A stretch of 40,365 nucleotides of DNA, taken from assembly GCF_006345805.1 (NCBI RefSeq), contig NW_021835506.1, positions 1 through 40,365 on the forward strand, written 5' to 3'. Below the pieces are notes generated by a model. That model saw only the letters and a program-made list of their open reading frames with translations. It searched no databases and was not told the DNA's origin. A program made the translations under genes and the position numbers. Of the stretch, positions 11,850-23,547 are shown one piece after another. Within the stretch, counting starts at the first letter, position 1; every line of letters starts with the position of its first letter. This stretch comes from Octopus sinensis (taxonomy: Eukaryota).

Positions 11850-12120
11850 CAACTGAATCACCGTCGTAGGTAGACAGCGGAAACAGACAAAATCCTTCCA
11901 CTTTTATAAACAATTTTAAAAGTATGGAAAATCCCTCATGCGAAAGAATTATATCCATTTACATCCATTTACGCGGGATCTCTGGGGTAAAATGTTATAG
12001 TGCATGGCCATCGTTGGGACATAAGTAATCTATACGTAAAGTTTGGTGAAAATCAGTTGAGAATTGTGGAAATGTATGCGTTAGTCATTCTACACACACA
12101 TACTGCGATTTATATATACT
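11850..12120 (-). mobile_element. Probable non-autonomous Helitron/Helentron-like fragment
   Basis: aagtttggtgaaaatcagttgagaattgtgg...cacacacatactgcgatttatatatac resembles DINE/HINE-type terminal regions; the other terminus is uncertain. Confidence 0.4.
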
Positions 12121-12176
12121 ACATATTTATGTGTATGTATATATATATATATATATATATATGGATGGAGAGAGAA

Positions 12177-12247
<71 letters not shown>

Positions 12248-12529
12248 CTTGGTATACTATGTTTAGTTAAGTCGCTCTTGTGTGCTATGGTAATATGCAA
12301 TTCAATACCTGTTGCATGTACTAAAGCCTGTTAGTGAGTGGGGTGGTTTGTGGCACCCTTCAGGGGGAAACCAGATTAGTCAAAGGGAGGATGAACTCGA
12401 GAGAGCCGATGGCTATTCAAATACGTGATATATATATATGCGCGAGAACTTTCTGGCTTGGCACCCAGGTGCCAGGGTAGCTTAGACTCAAAACTATGAC
12501 GAATCCAACAAAGCCAGGAGAAAAAGAAC

Positions 12530-12631
12530 TCTTCTACTATAGCCTCGGACCGACCAAAGCCTTGTGAGTGGATTTGGTAGATGGAAACTAAAAGAAGCCC
12601 GTCGTATATATGTATATATATATATATATGT

Positions 12632-12662
<31 letters not shown>

Positions 12663-12884
12663 ATTGTGTGTGTGTGTGTGAGTGTATGTTTGTTCCCATA
12701 AGATCGCTTGAGAACCGATGCTGGTGTGTTTACGTCCCCGTAACTTAGCGGTTCGGCAAAAGAGACCGATAGAATAAGTACTAGCCTTACAAAGAATAAG
12801 TCCTAGGGTCGATTTGCTCCACTAAAAGCGGTGATCCAGCATGGCCAAAGTCAAATGACTGAAAAAAGTAAAAGAGTAAAAGAG
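12530..12884 (+). mobile_element. SINE family 2, 5' truncated
   Basis: tcttctactatagcctcgg...gatagaataagtactag...aaaagagtaaaagag. Confidence 0.9.
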
Positions 12885-12899
12885 TATGTGTGTGTGTGT

Positions 12900-12930
<31 letters not shown>

Positions 12931-13014
12931 GTTAGGCACTGTGGACTATGTTGTTAATCTGGTCTGTCTCGTATACAAATGATGCCAAATAGTTGTCGTC
13001 TTTATAAATATGCA

Positions 13015-13190
13015 TGAAATCCTCGTCATCATCATCATCATCATCATCATCAGTAGCACCAGCAGCACCAACATCATCAGTATCATCATTACTATTGCAA
13101 CAACTCCACTACAACCATCATCATCGTCCATTGCACCACCACCACTACCATCACCATCACCATGATAACGATCATGATCAGCCTCAGTAT

Positions 13191-13238
<48 letters not shown>

Positions 13239-13297
13239 TATCATTATCATCATCGTCACAATTATTATTGCCGTCGTCGTCGTCGTCGTCGTCGTCA
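13015..13297. repeat. (CAT)n/(CGT)n trinucleotide low-complexity tract
   Basis: Visible triplet repeats; source of the poly-H and poly-D ORFs. Confidence 0.9.
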
Positions 13298-13764
13298 GTA
13301 AGCATAATTCCCACAGAAAACCAAACTCTTGACAATGACACGAAGGCCAGGAAGTAGCAAGCTACTCCTTCCTACGCCGTTCCCCCGTCCGTGCCCACTC
13401 CCACACAGTCGAACTGTGTCACAGACCGTTTGATCTGTTCGGAGTAATTAGTGCACGGAAAGAAAAAGGAGCAAAAGAGCTGACGAATTTATGATTCGCC
13501 ACACACGATTCTCTTCAGCCGTACACCTCTCTATCTCTTTCTCTCCTCTTCACTCTCATATATATGTATGTATGTATGTATGCATATATGCATACCTGTA
13601 TATATATATATATACATACATATGTACATGCGGGGGGGGGGGTTATATATATATGTGTGTGTGTGCACATATACACACATTTCAACATCTCTCAGCTAAA
13701 CACGACATGGTTCCGAACACTGGTGGGGGACCGATAATGCGTTAAATATTGCCCCCGTTATATA

Positions 13765-13873
13765 CCATATATATATATATATATTATATATATAATATAT
13801 TTATATTTATATAATATATATATATATATATATTATATATATAATTTATATATATATTATATATATATATATA

Positions 13874-13951
<78 letters not shown>
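13765..13951. repeat. (TA)n microsatellite
   Basis: Long, partly interrupted TA run. Confidence 0.95.
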
Positions 13952-13952
<1 letters not shown>

Positions 13953-13956
<4 letters not shown>

Positions 13957-15545
13957 CGTATATTGTTCGAGAATCAAATCATTTTCTCCCATTACCATTA
14001 ATGTAAAAGAGTTAATACGTTTCGAAGCATCAGATGAATGCTTATTGACATTCTTATATTATATGTTTTAGTATTAAAACGTTTATTCAAACTGTAAATA
14101 ACACACAAAATGGGTTATTTCTTAGAAGGGGAGTCCTCTTCCATAAAAACGTCTAGTAACTGTCTTTCGGGGCTTTCTTTCCTTCTCTGTCTCTTTGGCT
14201 CAGGTAAATTTTTCTCTGGGGTTTCTTTTCTTTTTTCTCTCAGTAAAAACCTGTCCAATGTTAGTTACTTTTGCCTGCGTTGTAAAATTTTTCTAACATG
14301 AGACATGACATTGTCATTGAAAAGGTTTACTGCTCTATTTGAGACCGCTGTATCAGGGTGATATTTTCCCATAAAACTTTGCACATCACCCCATTCAGCA
14401 CAAATTTCTTTTATTAAAAAACTTGGGACATCCTCCTTTCCTTCTTCCTCGTCAGAATACATTTCCTCAGCCAAAGTCTTTTGCTGTTCATTTTGAAAGT
14501 CTACGAGCTCTTCAGTGGTAAGCTCTGTACGGTAGTCTTCCACCAGCTCTTCGATATCGTCATTGTCGACATCCAAACCCATAGTTTTTCCCATTGAGAC
14601 AATATCATCAACAATAGCAATTTCCTCGACAACAGCAGTACTTGTAGCTGTCTCAAACCCCTCAAAGTCTCGTTCTGGTACAAAGTCTGGCCATAGTTTC
14701 CTCCTTGCTGAATTCATGGTTCTGTAACTCACTTGGTTCCATGCATTCAGGATATTGAAATGATTTTTCCCAAATCCTCTCAGAATTAACTGAGTGTCAT
14801 TAGTGACTTAAAAACACGTTCGAAACAGAGTTCTTATGTAAAGTTTCTTAAAGTTTGCATTGGCCTGTTGGTCTATTGGTTGTTGTAGTGTTAGTGGTGT
14901 TATGGGCTGTGATGAGCTATGTTGTGTTGGTGGGGAGGATTGCAGATGAGGTAAAATGGAAGTGAAGACTGCAGGGGCCGGCGGAAGAGCCACAGGGGCA
15001 TGCGTGGGCAGGAAGCATGTGTGGTCAGTTCGAGCAGAGACGGCAGCGAGTAAAGACGTGTTTATTTCTTGAGAGTGACCGCTCATTCCGCCGAGGCCAA
15101 CAGGTAAGGCCCTTTGTATTTCTTTCTCGCGTTTGCTTCTTTTTCTGTTGTCCTTTTCCTCCATCACACTACAGTTGTATTAGAAGAGTATTTGACCCGA
15201 ATAAAATCAAACTCTTCAACTAAGTCATTTTCCAAACCTGGAGGTACAGCGGGAGTATTGTCTAACACGAGAAGGCATTTTAGCGGTAAGTTTTTTTTCT
15301 TGTAGATATTTTTAACAATCGGGGCAAAAACTTTATGAATCCACTCAATAAAAATTGTCTGGTTACCCAGGCCCTCGTATTAACCCGCCACATAACAGGT
15401 ACTTTACTCGTCATAACATTGTTTCTTTTGAAAACACCCGGATTACCGGAATGGTAAACAAGCAATGGCTTGACCTTGAAATCGCCACTTGCGTTGCCGC
15501 TAATGAATGCTGACATTTCCGATGGCATGCAGGTATCGATGAATG
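13953..15545 (-). mobile_element. Tigger/pogo-family DDE transposon relic
   Basis: GNASGDFKVKPLLVYHS.NP.VFK.NNV...PVMWR.N..AWVTRQF; LPLKCLLVLDN.PA.PP; QPIDQQ...FKKLY; ..RKLWP...DFEGF; DIEELVED...ELTTEEL; RKILQRRQK. These are Tigger1-like transposase motifs, with frameshifts. Confidence 0.9.
14884..15173. mobile_element. Solo LTR (290 bp) inserted in the Tigger transposase
   Basis: Ends TGTAGTGT...ACACTACA (8-bp inverted, TG...CA); 5-bp TSD gttgt at 14879-14883 and 15174-15178. Confidence 0.75.
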
Positions 15546-15559
15546 GTTGAATGACCAAA

Positions 15560-15900
15560 TCCAAACATTTCTTGTGCCTTTACGTTTTGAGTTCAAATTC
15601 CGCTAAGCTCCACTCTTCGTCCTAAAGGAGCCGATGAAATAAGTACCAGCTGTAATCGATCTATCACCTCCCCAAAATTGCTGGCCTTGTGCCAAAATCT
15701 GAAATTGATATTATTAATGAATGCAACGCGGCAAGCTTGCAGAATCGTTAACGGCATTTCACCAGTCCTCACGCTCTGAGTTCAAATTCTGCCGAGGACG
15801 ACTTAGCCTTTCATCCTTTCGGAGTCGATAAAATAATACCAGTCAAGTACTGAATGAGTTCTAATTGACTTCCTTCATTCCCCCGAAATTACTGATCTCG
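15560..15900 (+). mobile_element. Two adjacent degenerate SINE family 1 copies
   Basis: gagttcaaatt.cg.., gcctttcatcctttcggagtcgataa and tail-B-like ccccaaaattgctggccttgtgcc motifs. Confidence 0.75.
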
Positions 15901-16315
15901 CCATCAAGGGAATTGAGGTTGTCACCGGATTTCTGAAGATAACCAGAACGAATATGCATGCATGTGTGCGTGCGCGTGTGTGTATGTGTGTGTGTGTGTG
16001 TATGAATGTGTGTTTGTAAAGTTGTGGCTATGCATGCGTACTTGTGTAGTTTCATATCTGTGTGTGCGTGTGTGTCTCTGTGTGTGTGTATCTGTGTGCG
16101 TGTGTGTGTGTGCGTGTATAAATGTCTGTGTGTGTATATGTATCAATGCGTGTGTTTCTATAGATATGAATAAACTATACGTTCTTTCGCGTGCAGGCGT
16201 GCGAGTGTGCGCGTATGGGTGAAAGTGTGTACGTGTGCATTGTAAATAATTTCGTGCATGTATTTGTAAGTACGTGTATACATATCTCTGTCAGTGTGAT
16301 ATGCTCTGAGTTTGT

Positions 16316-16356
<41 letters not shown>

Positions 16357-16429
16357 TGCACGCGCGTGTGTTTTGTAAGACGATCTAACAATCAAAATTG
16401 AAATTAAACTTGGGTTCATAACAAACCAT

Positions 16430-16460
16430 CAGCTGCTGCTGCTCCTGTTGTTATTGCTAC

Positions 16461-16492
<32 letters not shown>

Positions 16493-16548
16493 CTGCTGTT
16501 GCTGCTGCTGCTGTTGCTGTTGCTGCTGCTGCTGTTGCTGGTGTTACT
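16430..16548. repeat. (CTG/TTG)n trinucleotide tract
   Basis: Interrupted gctgctgctgtt repeats. Confidence 0.9.
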
Positions 16549-17094
16549 GTTAAAATAAAAAAAAACAGTTTATTTTCTGTCTAACCACGCTGTGAAAAAT
16601 GTTATTCAAACCTTGAACCCAGAATCAGTGTAATGTCTAACCGATGTCTCCTTTTTAATGCATTGCCAGTCAGGAAACTGTACCTGGTGAACTAAACTGG
16701 AAGCAAGGACATCAAACTCAGGAAAGTCAATGAACAAACCTTTACACGACCATTCTACCTGCTAATAATAGCAGCTATTTTTCCCTCGATCAATATCAAT
16801 TTTTGTTTTGGTTTCTTTTTTAGTACCTGAGTCTTTAGTGGGATGTAGGAAATACCCATGACCCTTTGCAGGCTTTCATAGTCCACTAAGTTGATCAATT
16901 TAAACCACTGCTGCTCAACGAATTTTTTTACCTATGGTCCCTTTTAATTCCTATTTTACTCGGATGGACCCTCCTAAAGATTCAATATCCTGTTACAATT
17001 TTATAATTAAATATTATTAGGGATTGTTTTAAAAATTGCTAACATATATATATATACTTTCTAGGAAATGGATGCGGCGCGTTCAACTGAATAA

Positions 17095-17428
17095 TCTCTA
17101 TATATATAAACGGCAAAAGGTATGTCTGTGTGTGTGTGTCCTTTATACAAATCCACAATTTTTCAGTTAGAGGGCTCGCACTTTCTATGGTCATTCAAAA
17201 CCATCCAAGGGTGGTCGTGCACATCTTTACATTTCCTCAGTCACCCTGCAAAGCCATTAAAAAATCAATAGAAGTGATTTTTGGTGAATTTTCTATCCCA
17301 AACCCAATCAAAATGCCCGAAACTTGATACGCCAATTGAATGCCAACTAGCTGTATGTTATTGGTCGGGGATTTGGACAGTACTCGCGTGTATGTGCGCA
17401 TGCACGCAGCTGTATATGCATGCACTAG
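17095..17428 (+). mobile_element. Probable non-autonomous Helitron
   Basis: A|TCTCTATATATATAAA...gtctgtgtgtg start, like 22996; palindromic gcgtg...cacgc followed by CTAG at 17425-17428. The following base is C rather than T. Confidence 0.5.
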
Positions 17429-17464
17429 CATAATATTATAATATTATATATATATATACACACA

Positions 17465-17760
17465 CACATGCATATATGGGTACAGGACGTCACCAACGGT
17501 GCAAATAACATGCAATACGTAAACAGAGAGAAAGAAATGCAGCACAAGTAAGCACAGCGAAAGGAACCTTCACCAGTTGTCGGCTGTCTATCTACTCCTA
17601 ATTTCGAGCATTCAATGGCAATAGGAATCTTCAAAGACAGTTGCTCCTATACATTCTAAAATAGAATTTAAGATTTACGGAGGGTCAAAGTTGGGAACAA
17701 AAACATGACAGTGGAGGCATACAAGGAAACCGAACGAAAACAAACATGGAGGGCCGTTAG
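17465..17760 (-). mobile_element. (TA)n-abutting repeat fragment, probably Penelope-like; related to 23690-23826
   Basis: Shared terminus gttggtgacgtcctgtacccatatatgc in opposite orientations at the two loci. Confidence 0.55.
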
Positions 17761-17799
17761 ACCAGAACGAGAGGAAAATAGTGAACGCTGGGAGAAACA

Positions 17800-18304
17800 T
17801 TTTATTTTTTTGAAGTGAGAAAATATTGAAGAGAGAGAGAAAAAAACACGGCCGCTCTTTCGAACGTCTGTGCAGGAAAAGAAATATGGTCACGTGAGGA
17901 AAAGAAAGATGCAATGCGCACACACACACGCTCGCATGCATGCATATACAAATATATTTTCATTCAGAGTTATGATTTATATTCAGAGTGGCTAGTAAAT
18001 GAAAGAAAGAAACCGACTGAAATTTTATTTCTTCATAAAACTGAATATAAAAATTATATGCGTTATTATGTGTCCCGGTAAGTATGTATATAAAATACCG
18101 AAGATATTGGAGAGGATTGCAGATGAGGTAAAAGGGAAGAGAAGACTGCAGGGGCCGGCGGAAGAGCCACAGAGGCATGCGTGGGCAGGAAGCATGTGTG
18201 GTCAGTTCGTGCAAAGATGGCAGCGAGCAAAGACGTTCAAAAGAGCGGCCATGTTTTCTTTCTTTCTCTCTTCAATATTTTCTCATTTCAAAAAAAAATA
18301 AAAA
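17800..18304. repeat. Foldback structure with ~70-bp inverted arms
   Basis: 17800-17868 is the reverse complement of 18232-18304 (gacgttc.aaagagcggcc.tg...ttcaatattttctca.ttcaaaaaa). Confidence 0.8.
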
Positions 18305-18720
18305 AATAAATAAACTGATATAATACCCTTAGACACAACCGGTAAATATCATTAACACTGTATTTCATGTATGCCAACTGTATCATAAGTAAATGCATAA
18401 TTAAAAGCTATATCCATAGACGCGAGCAATCCGTACAGAAATTTTAATGTTTAAGCTAAAGAACCAGGAAATTATATTTCCATGTGTGAATGGAAAATGT
18501 AAGCATGTGAAAATTATAGGCCATAAAATCCGTCTTAAATGAATTTATATAACTCAATTACCGAGTTCGTTTTCAATTTTTTAATAAACTGTATGTCTGA
18601 TAGACATGCATACACACACGCGCACACAAACGCTTTCATGCATGCATATACATACACATAGATACATTACATTGATGCATACATATATTAATTTTTGTTC
18701 ATATATATATATATATATAT

Positions 18721-18995
18721 ACCAACCACATGGTTCCGGTTTCAGTCCCACTACGTGGCACCTTGGCCAAGTGTCTTCTACTATAGCCTCGGGCCTACTA
18801 AAAAGATTTAGTACACGGAAACTGAAAGAATCCCGTCGTATATATGTATATGTATGTCCGTTTGTGTGTCTGCGTTTGTGTCCCCCCCCCACCACGAACA
18901 TCGCGCTTGACAACCGGTGTTGGTGTGTCTACATCCCCGTAACTTAGCAGTTCAGCAAAAGAGACCGATAGAATAAGTACTAGGCTTACAAAGAG
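18721..18995 (+). mobile_element. SINE family 2, partial
   Basis: accaaccacatggttccgg...gatagaataagtactaggcttacaaag. Confidence 0.85.
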
Positions 18996-19001
18996 TAATA
19001 A

Positions 19002-19035
<34 letters not shown>

Positions 19036-19356
19036 CTTATGTATAGGACGTACTTAACGTATGTGTATCGTTGAAAAGCCAGAAGAGGCAGTTCGGGATA
19101 AAATCCTTTTATAGGCGTATTGTGTTAAAAAAAAAAGTGACTTCTGAGCTAGGCGACATGAAATCGCTCCGGAAATGACCACTGAGTGACAGCCGCTTAT
19201 TTCGCCGTTTTTGCGGTTTGTCAATGCCACGTACTCGTGTCACTTTCAAAATGAGGTCGAATCAGTCAGTTTGAAGTATATAGAGGCGGTGTATAAACAA
19301 TATAGCGGTTGGCAATGACGCCGCTTAGGCTGAGCTGTTTCTGTTGCGTAATTTGA

Positions 19357-19411
<55 letters not shown>

Positions 19412-19458
19412 AATCAGACAACCCATCCATCTATGTTTTTATAAATCTATCTATGTAT

Positions 19459-19602
<144 letters not shown>

Positions 19603-20177
19603 TATATAGGAGAGGAAAAATTATTATAAGGCAGAATGCTAAATTGAAAGTAAATTTTAATAAAAATGGGCGTATGGAAAATTTAAAAATAAAAAAGTAA
19701 TAAAACAAACCGGTTTTCATTGCAAGGCAAATTTTCAAGATTTGAAAGGGAAAAAGAAGTTCTTTTAAAATTGAGGAAGGGGAAAAAAGAAATTTACAAT
19801 GTTTCTTTCGAAAAAAATAATAATGCATATATACAAAAATTAATAAATAAGTATACCAATACATTGTAGAGTCTTTTTGCTTTTAGAGTTCAATATTAGT
19901 CCTTGGAAAAACGTCTTTGGGGGATTAGAATGCATGTGCTTAAAGGTAGTGTTTAATTTAAAGGGTTGGGTGAATATATATACATACATACATACATACA
20001 CATACATACATACATACATACATACATACATACATACATACATACATACATACGTGCGCGCGCACACACAAGTTAACCTTTTATGTGCAGATAATATACT
20101 TGTAAACTTAGGCAGTGGACATATATGCATGTTCAAATTTACCTTTTTCTCTGCCTATTGAAAAAACTGAGGAACGG

Positions 20178-20218
20178 CTGTAATCGGTTTTCGAGCCTTA
20201 ATAGGATCTTATCAGCAG
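20178..20218 (-). ncRNA. Degenerate minimal type-I hammerhead-like motif
   Basis: Minus strand: CUG-CUGAUAA-GAUCC(UAUUAA)GGCUC-GAA-AACCGAUU-A-CAG. G8 is mutated, with one mismatch in helix II and one in helix III. Confidence 0.4.
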
Positions 20219-20470
20219 TGTATACATCATTTGATCAATGTCATTTATATCTATATCAATCTATATATGCATGTACATAAATATATTCTTGTATTCGTAA
20301 TTACGTACCATATTCTCTGGGGGGTTGTCTTTGTTGCCGTACACATTCGCTAGCTTTCTTACAAAGGGGTCAAATGCTCTTAGCTCAGACTTGGAGTGGG
20401 GATGGAGCAACCAGATCGAACCATCTCAAGTGTAACTGCCCGAAATGGTCGTGACTTCTGGGACTTGATT

Positions 20471-20553
20471 AATGAAAGAAAGCCAAGAATGAAAGAAAGC
20501 CAAGAATGAAAGAAAGCCAAGAATGAAAGAAAGCCAAGAATGAAAGAAAGCCA
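20471..20553 (+). repeat. Perfect 17-bp minisatellite (aatgaaagaaagccaag) x4.9
   Basis: Units start at 20471, 20488, 20505, 20522 and 20539. Confidence 0.95.
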
Positions 20554-20567
20554 TGGGTACAAGGCTT

Positions 20568-20757
20568 GGATTTTTGTTGGGAGGGGGACAATCGATCACA
20601 TCGACCTCAGTAGTTGACTGGTACTTAATTTATCAACCCCGAAAGGATGAAAGGCAAAGTCGACCTCAGCGGAATTTGAACTCAGAACGTGGCGACCAAC
20701 GAAATACCGATAAGAATTTCGTCCTGCACGCTAATGATTCTGCCAGCTCGCCGCCTT
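20568..20757 (-). mobile_element. SINE family 1 monomer (tail B)
   Basis: Reverse-complement head ends ...tgccagctcgccgcc, adjoining the (TAA)n array. Confidence 0.85.
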
Positions 20758-20771
20758 AAATAATGATGATG

Positions 20772-20836
<65 letters not shown>

Positions 20837-20903
20837 TAATAATAATAATAATAATAATAATATGTAACCATTCTGTGGGATAATAATAATGGTTACATAA
20901 TAA

Positions 20904-21447
20904 TATGTAACCATTCTGTGGGACTTTCCAGTACATACAGACCGAACCATCAAGGCCAATAAACCAGATATTGTTGTGAAAGACCAAAACAATAAAGTTT
21001 GCTTATTGATCGACATGAGCATCCCCTGTGATCATAATATCTCAACGAAAGAGTTTGACAAGCTCAGAAAATATAAAGACCTACTCATGAAATTGAGAAA
21101 ATGTGGCATCTCAAGGCGGTTACAATACCAGTGATCGTAGGAGCACTAGGAATGATCAAGAAGGAACCGAAAATTATATGAGAATGATCCCTGGCTTACC
21201 ATCCCTGCAAGAAGTGCAAAAGATTGTCTTAACTGGTACATCACACGTATTGAGAAGAGCATTGTCGATGTGAGAACTGTTGCTGCTCATGTATTTTAAT
21301 TTAACTTTAAAAAAAAATAATATATGAACGAAATACTGAGTTTGGTTTAATGGCCTACCAATATACACTATGAGTTTCTTTGCCCTAGGAGTCGGGAAGA
21401 CACTCGGCAAGAAATGGAAGAAAATTTGAAAGAAGAAAAAAAAAAAA

Positions 21448-21450
<3 letters not shown>
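20904..21450 (+). mobile_element. 5'-truncated R4/Dong-clade non-LTR retrotransposon in a (TAA)n array
   Basis: VTILWDFPVHTDRTIKANKPDIVVKDQNNKVCLLIDMSIPCDHNISTKEFDKLRKYKDL / EIEKMWHLKAVTIPVIVGALGMIK / LQEVQKIVLTGTSHVLRRALSM* (stop 21271-21273) is a restriction-like endonuclease domain (PD...D). Dong-like 3' UTR; (TAA)n on both flanks. Confidence 0.9.
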
Positions 21451-21497
<47 letters not shown>

Positions 21498-22995
21498 TAA
21501 CAACGTGACCTTTTCTACATTTACAATTTGCTGTACCTTTCGAAATTAATATGGCGCCAATGTGATGGTTGGGAGTGAAAACAATGATTTTATTTGTACA
21601 TACCAGTTTTAAAAAAAAGAAGAAATCCGCACAGAGACTAAATTTTTTTATCACATTGTATAAGTAAAATATATAAATTTGCTATATCCTTTCCTTTTGT
21701 CTGTCATCTTCATATTTTACAATATTTATGGAAAGGAAGCATAATCTCAAATTCACGGCCTCCACATCAAACTGTGGTAGGTAGAGAGAATATGCTGAGG
21801 CCTTCACCTCGCAGTGGACAGAACACAGGCAATCCAATCCAGTCCAATCCAATCCAAAACGGAAAGCGAGTATTTATTTCGCAATTTATTCCGTAAGCAT
21901 TCGGCTTTCAGAAGAACATCAACGAATATGCTTGAAAATGACTTCGATGCTTAAGACATAGTTGAACAAATAGGGTTAAGATTCAAAAATTACATCAGCA
22001 AGGAAATTGGATCATTGTTCCTTCCTTCATGTAATATTTTCAATTCGCCGTTTATAATATATTTGATTACCGTCTGCATAATAGCATTTCTTTTCCAAAC
22101 ACCATTAATTAACTGGAAAATTATTGAAAATGATATATTTTTTCTTTATTTAGTTTCATGAACCGTTCTGCACCAATTCATAAACAAATATCTTAATATG
22201 AGATAAAATTAAGCATTTTAGTGTAAACTGTGTTAACCCTTCTAAATTTTAGTTGAACTGGGAAAGAAACGTGTCTGTGTTCAGTGGTATCAATATCAGA
22301 TAGAGATGTAATGAGAAATAGTTTGATCGTAGTTGAGAATTAGGTTTTTGCTTCACTTGCAATTTTGGTTTTTATTGGTATAAGTCATGTCTGACGAATT
22401 CTAGTAAAACGAAATACTAAACACGGAAGACAAAAGACTGATGACATCTGAATCGAGGACTATACGTACGTTCATGAAATATATACTCCTATCAAAAGGA
22501 TCAACTGACAACGAGAGAGCATTTAATGTAACTCCATATATAACTTGAAAAGCTGGGATGATCACAGCTGGAAAGCTTTTAGTCATTGATCTATTCCATC
22601 AGGCTTGATCTGAGATTAAATAACAACAGCAACAGCACAAGTGCTATTCTTGACTTTTCCTAACTTTACAAGTTATGGATTTTAGCGACGTCAGAATAGC
22701 GCTGGATTAAATGTTTTTCTTTTTTTATTTTGCCTCTTTTTTTCCATAGCTTAATCAGTAAGGAAAACCACAGCGTCCATGACTTTTCTCAAGATTCAAG
22801 CGGCTGATCAACTCAAAATTATAGCAGAAGACACCGAACGTTCCTCATGATGGTCTTGAACCAAAAATTAGTAAGTTCTGAAATAAATCTCAGAACTACA
22901 GATCCCTGTAAATGGTTGAAAATAAAATTCAATAAAAATTTTAAATGATATAGAGCTAATAGAGAAGTACTTAAGGTTACTTATGATAAATATAA

Positions 22996-23375
22996 TCTCT
23001 CTATATATAAAGCTGAAGTTGTCTGTGTATGGCAGGTTTGGTAGCCTTCAACTAACACTATCTCCTCCGAGACCCTGCGGCACAAGTTGACCAAAATTGA
23101 GAGTATGATAGAAGAAGGCTTGCTCTTCCTTCCGTAGAAGAAAAAATTCAAATCGAACCATGTTAACACCAACAATTGTTTACATCAAAAAGGTGCTTTT
23201 TTTCTATGAAAATCCCCATTTTTTACCGCTGTGTCGCCATTTTTCGGTGTATTTCAACCAGAAAAATGTTCACTTAAAGAGAATAACAAGCTGCATAATG
23301 CAAAATTTTACTTTTCAAAAATTCCAATTCCAAAGGGTCGAAACAAACCCGAGCAACGCCGGGCGATAATGCTAG
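22996..23375 (+). mobile_element. Complete 380-bp non-autonomous Helitron
   Basis: A|TC start at 22996, subterminal hairpin cccgagcaacgccggg (23348-23363), CTAG|T end at 23372-23375. Confidence 0.9.
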
Positions 23376-23514
23376 TATTTGTTATTATCATAAGCTATAA
23401 TGATAATATGGATAATTGTAACTTCAGTAGAGATGGAGTAGCAAAGTCTGTAGATTGTCGAGCACAGTGACTAATATATATAAACATATATATATATATA
23501 TATATATATGTTTA

Positions 23515-23547
<33 letters not shown>

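Noticed and set aside
12946-13341. Poly-His / poly-Asp ORFs
   Set aside because: (CAT)n and (CGT)n tracts with mixed frames, no flanking domain and no convincing splice sites.
16425-16545. Poly-Gln/poly-Ala exon on the minus strand
   Set aside because: An acceptor-like site exists, but the poly-Q frame is closed by stops on both sides and the donor is weak; best read as a microsatellite.
17590-17635. Hammerhead-like ttgaaga...ctcgaaa on the minus strand
   Set aside because: Helix I does not pair and helix II is not adjacent to GAAA.
20471-20553. CRISPR-like array (also 8255-8735 and 26472-26930)
   Set aside because: Head-to-tail tandem repeats with no unique spacers, in a eukaryotic context without cas genes.
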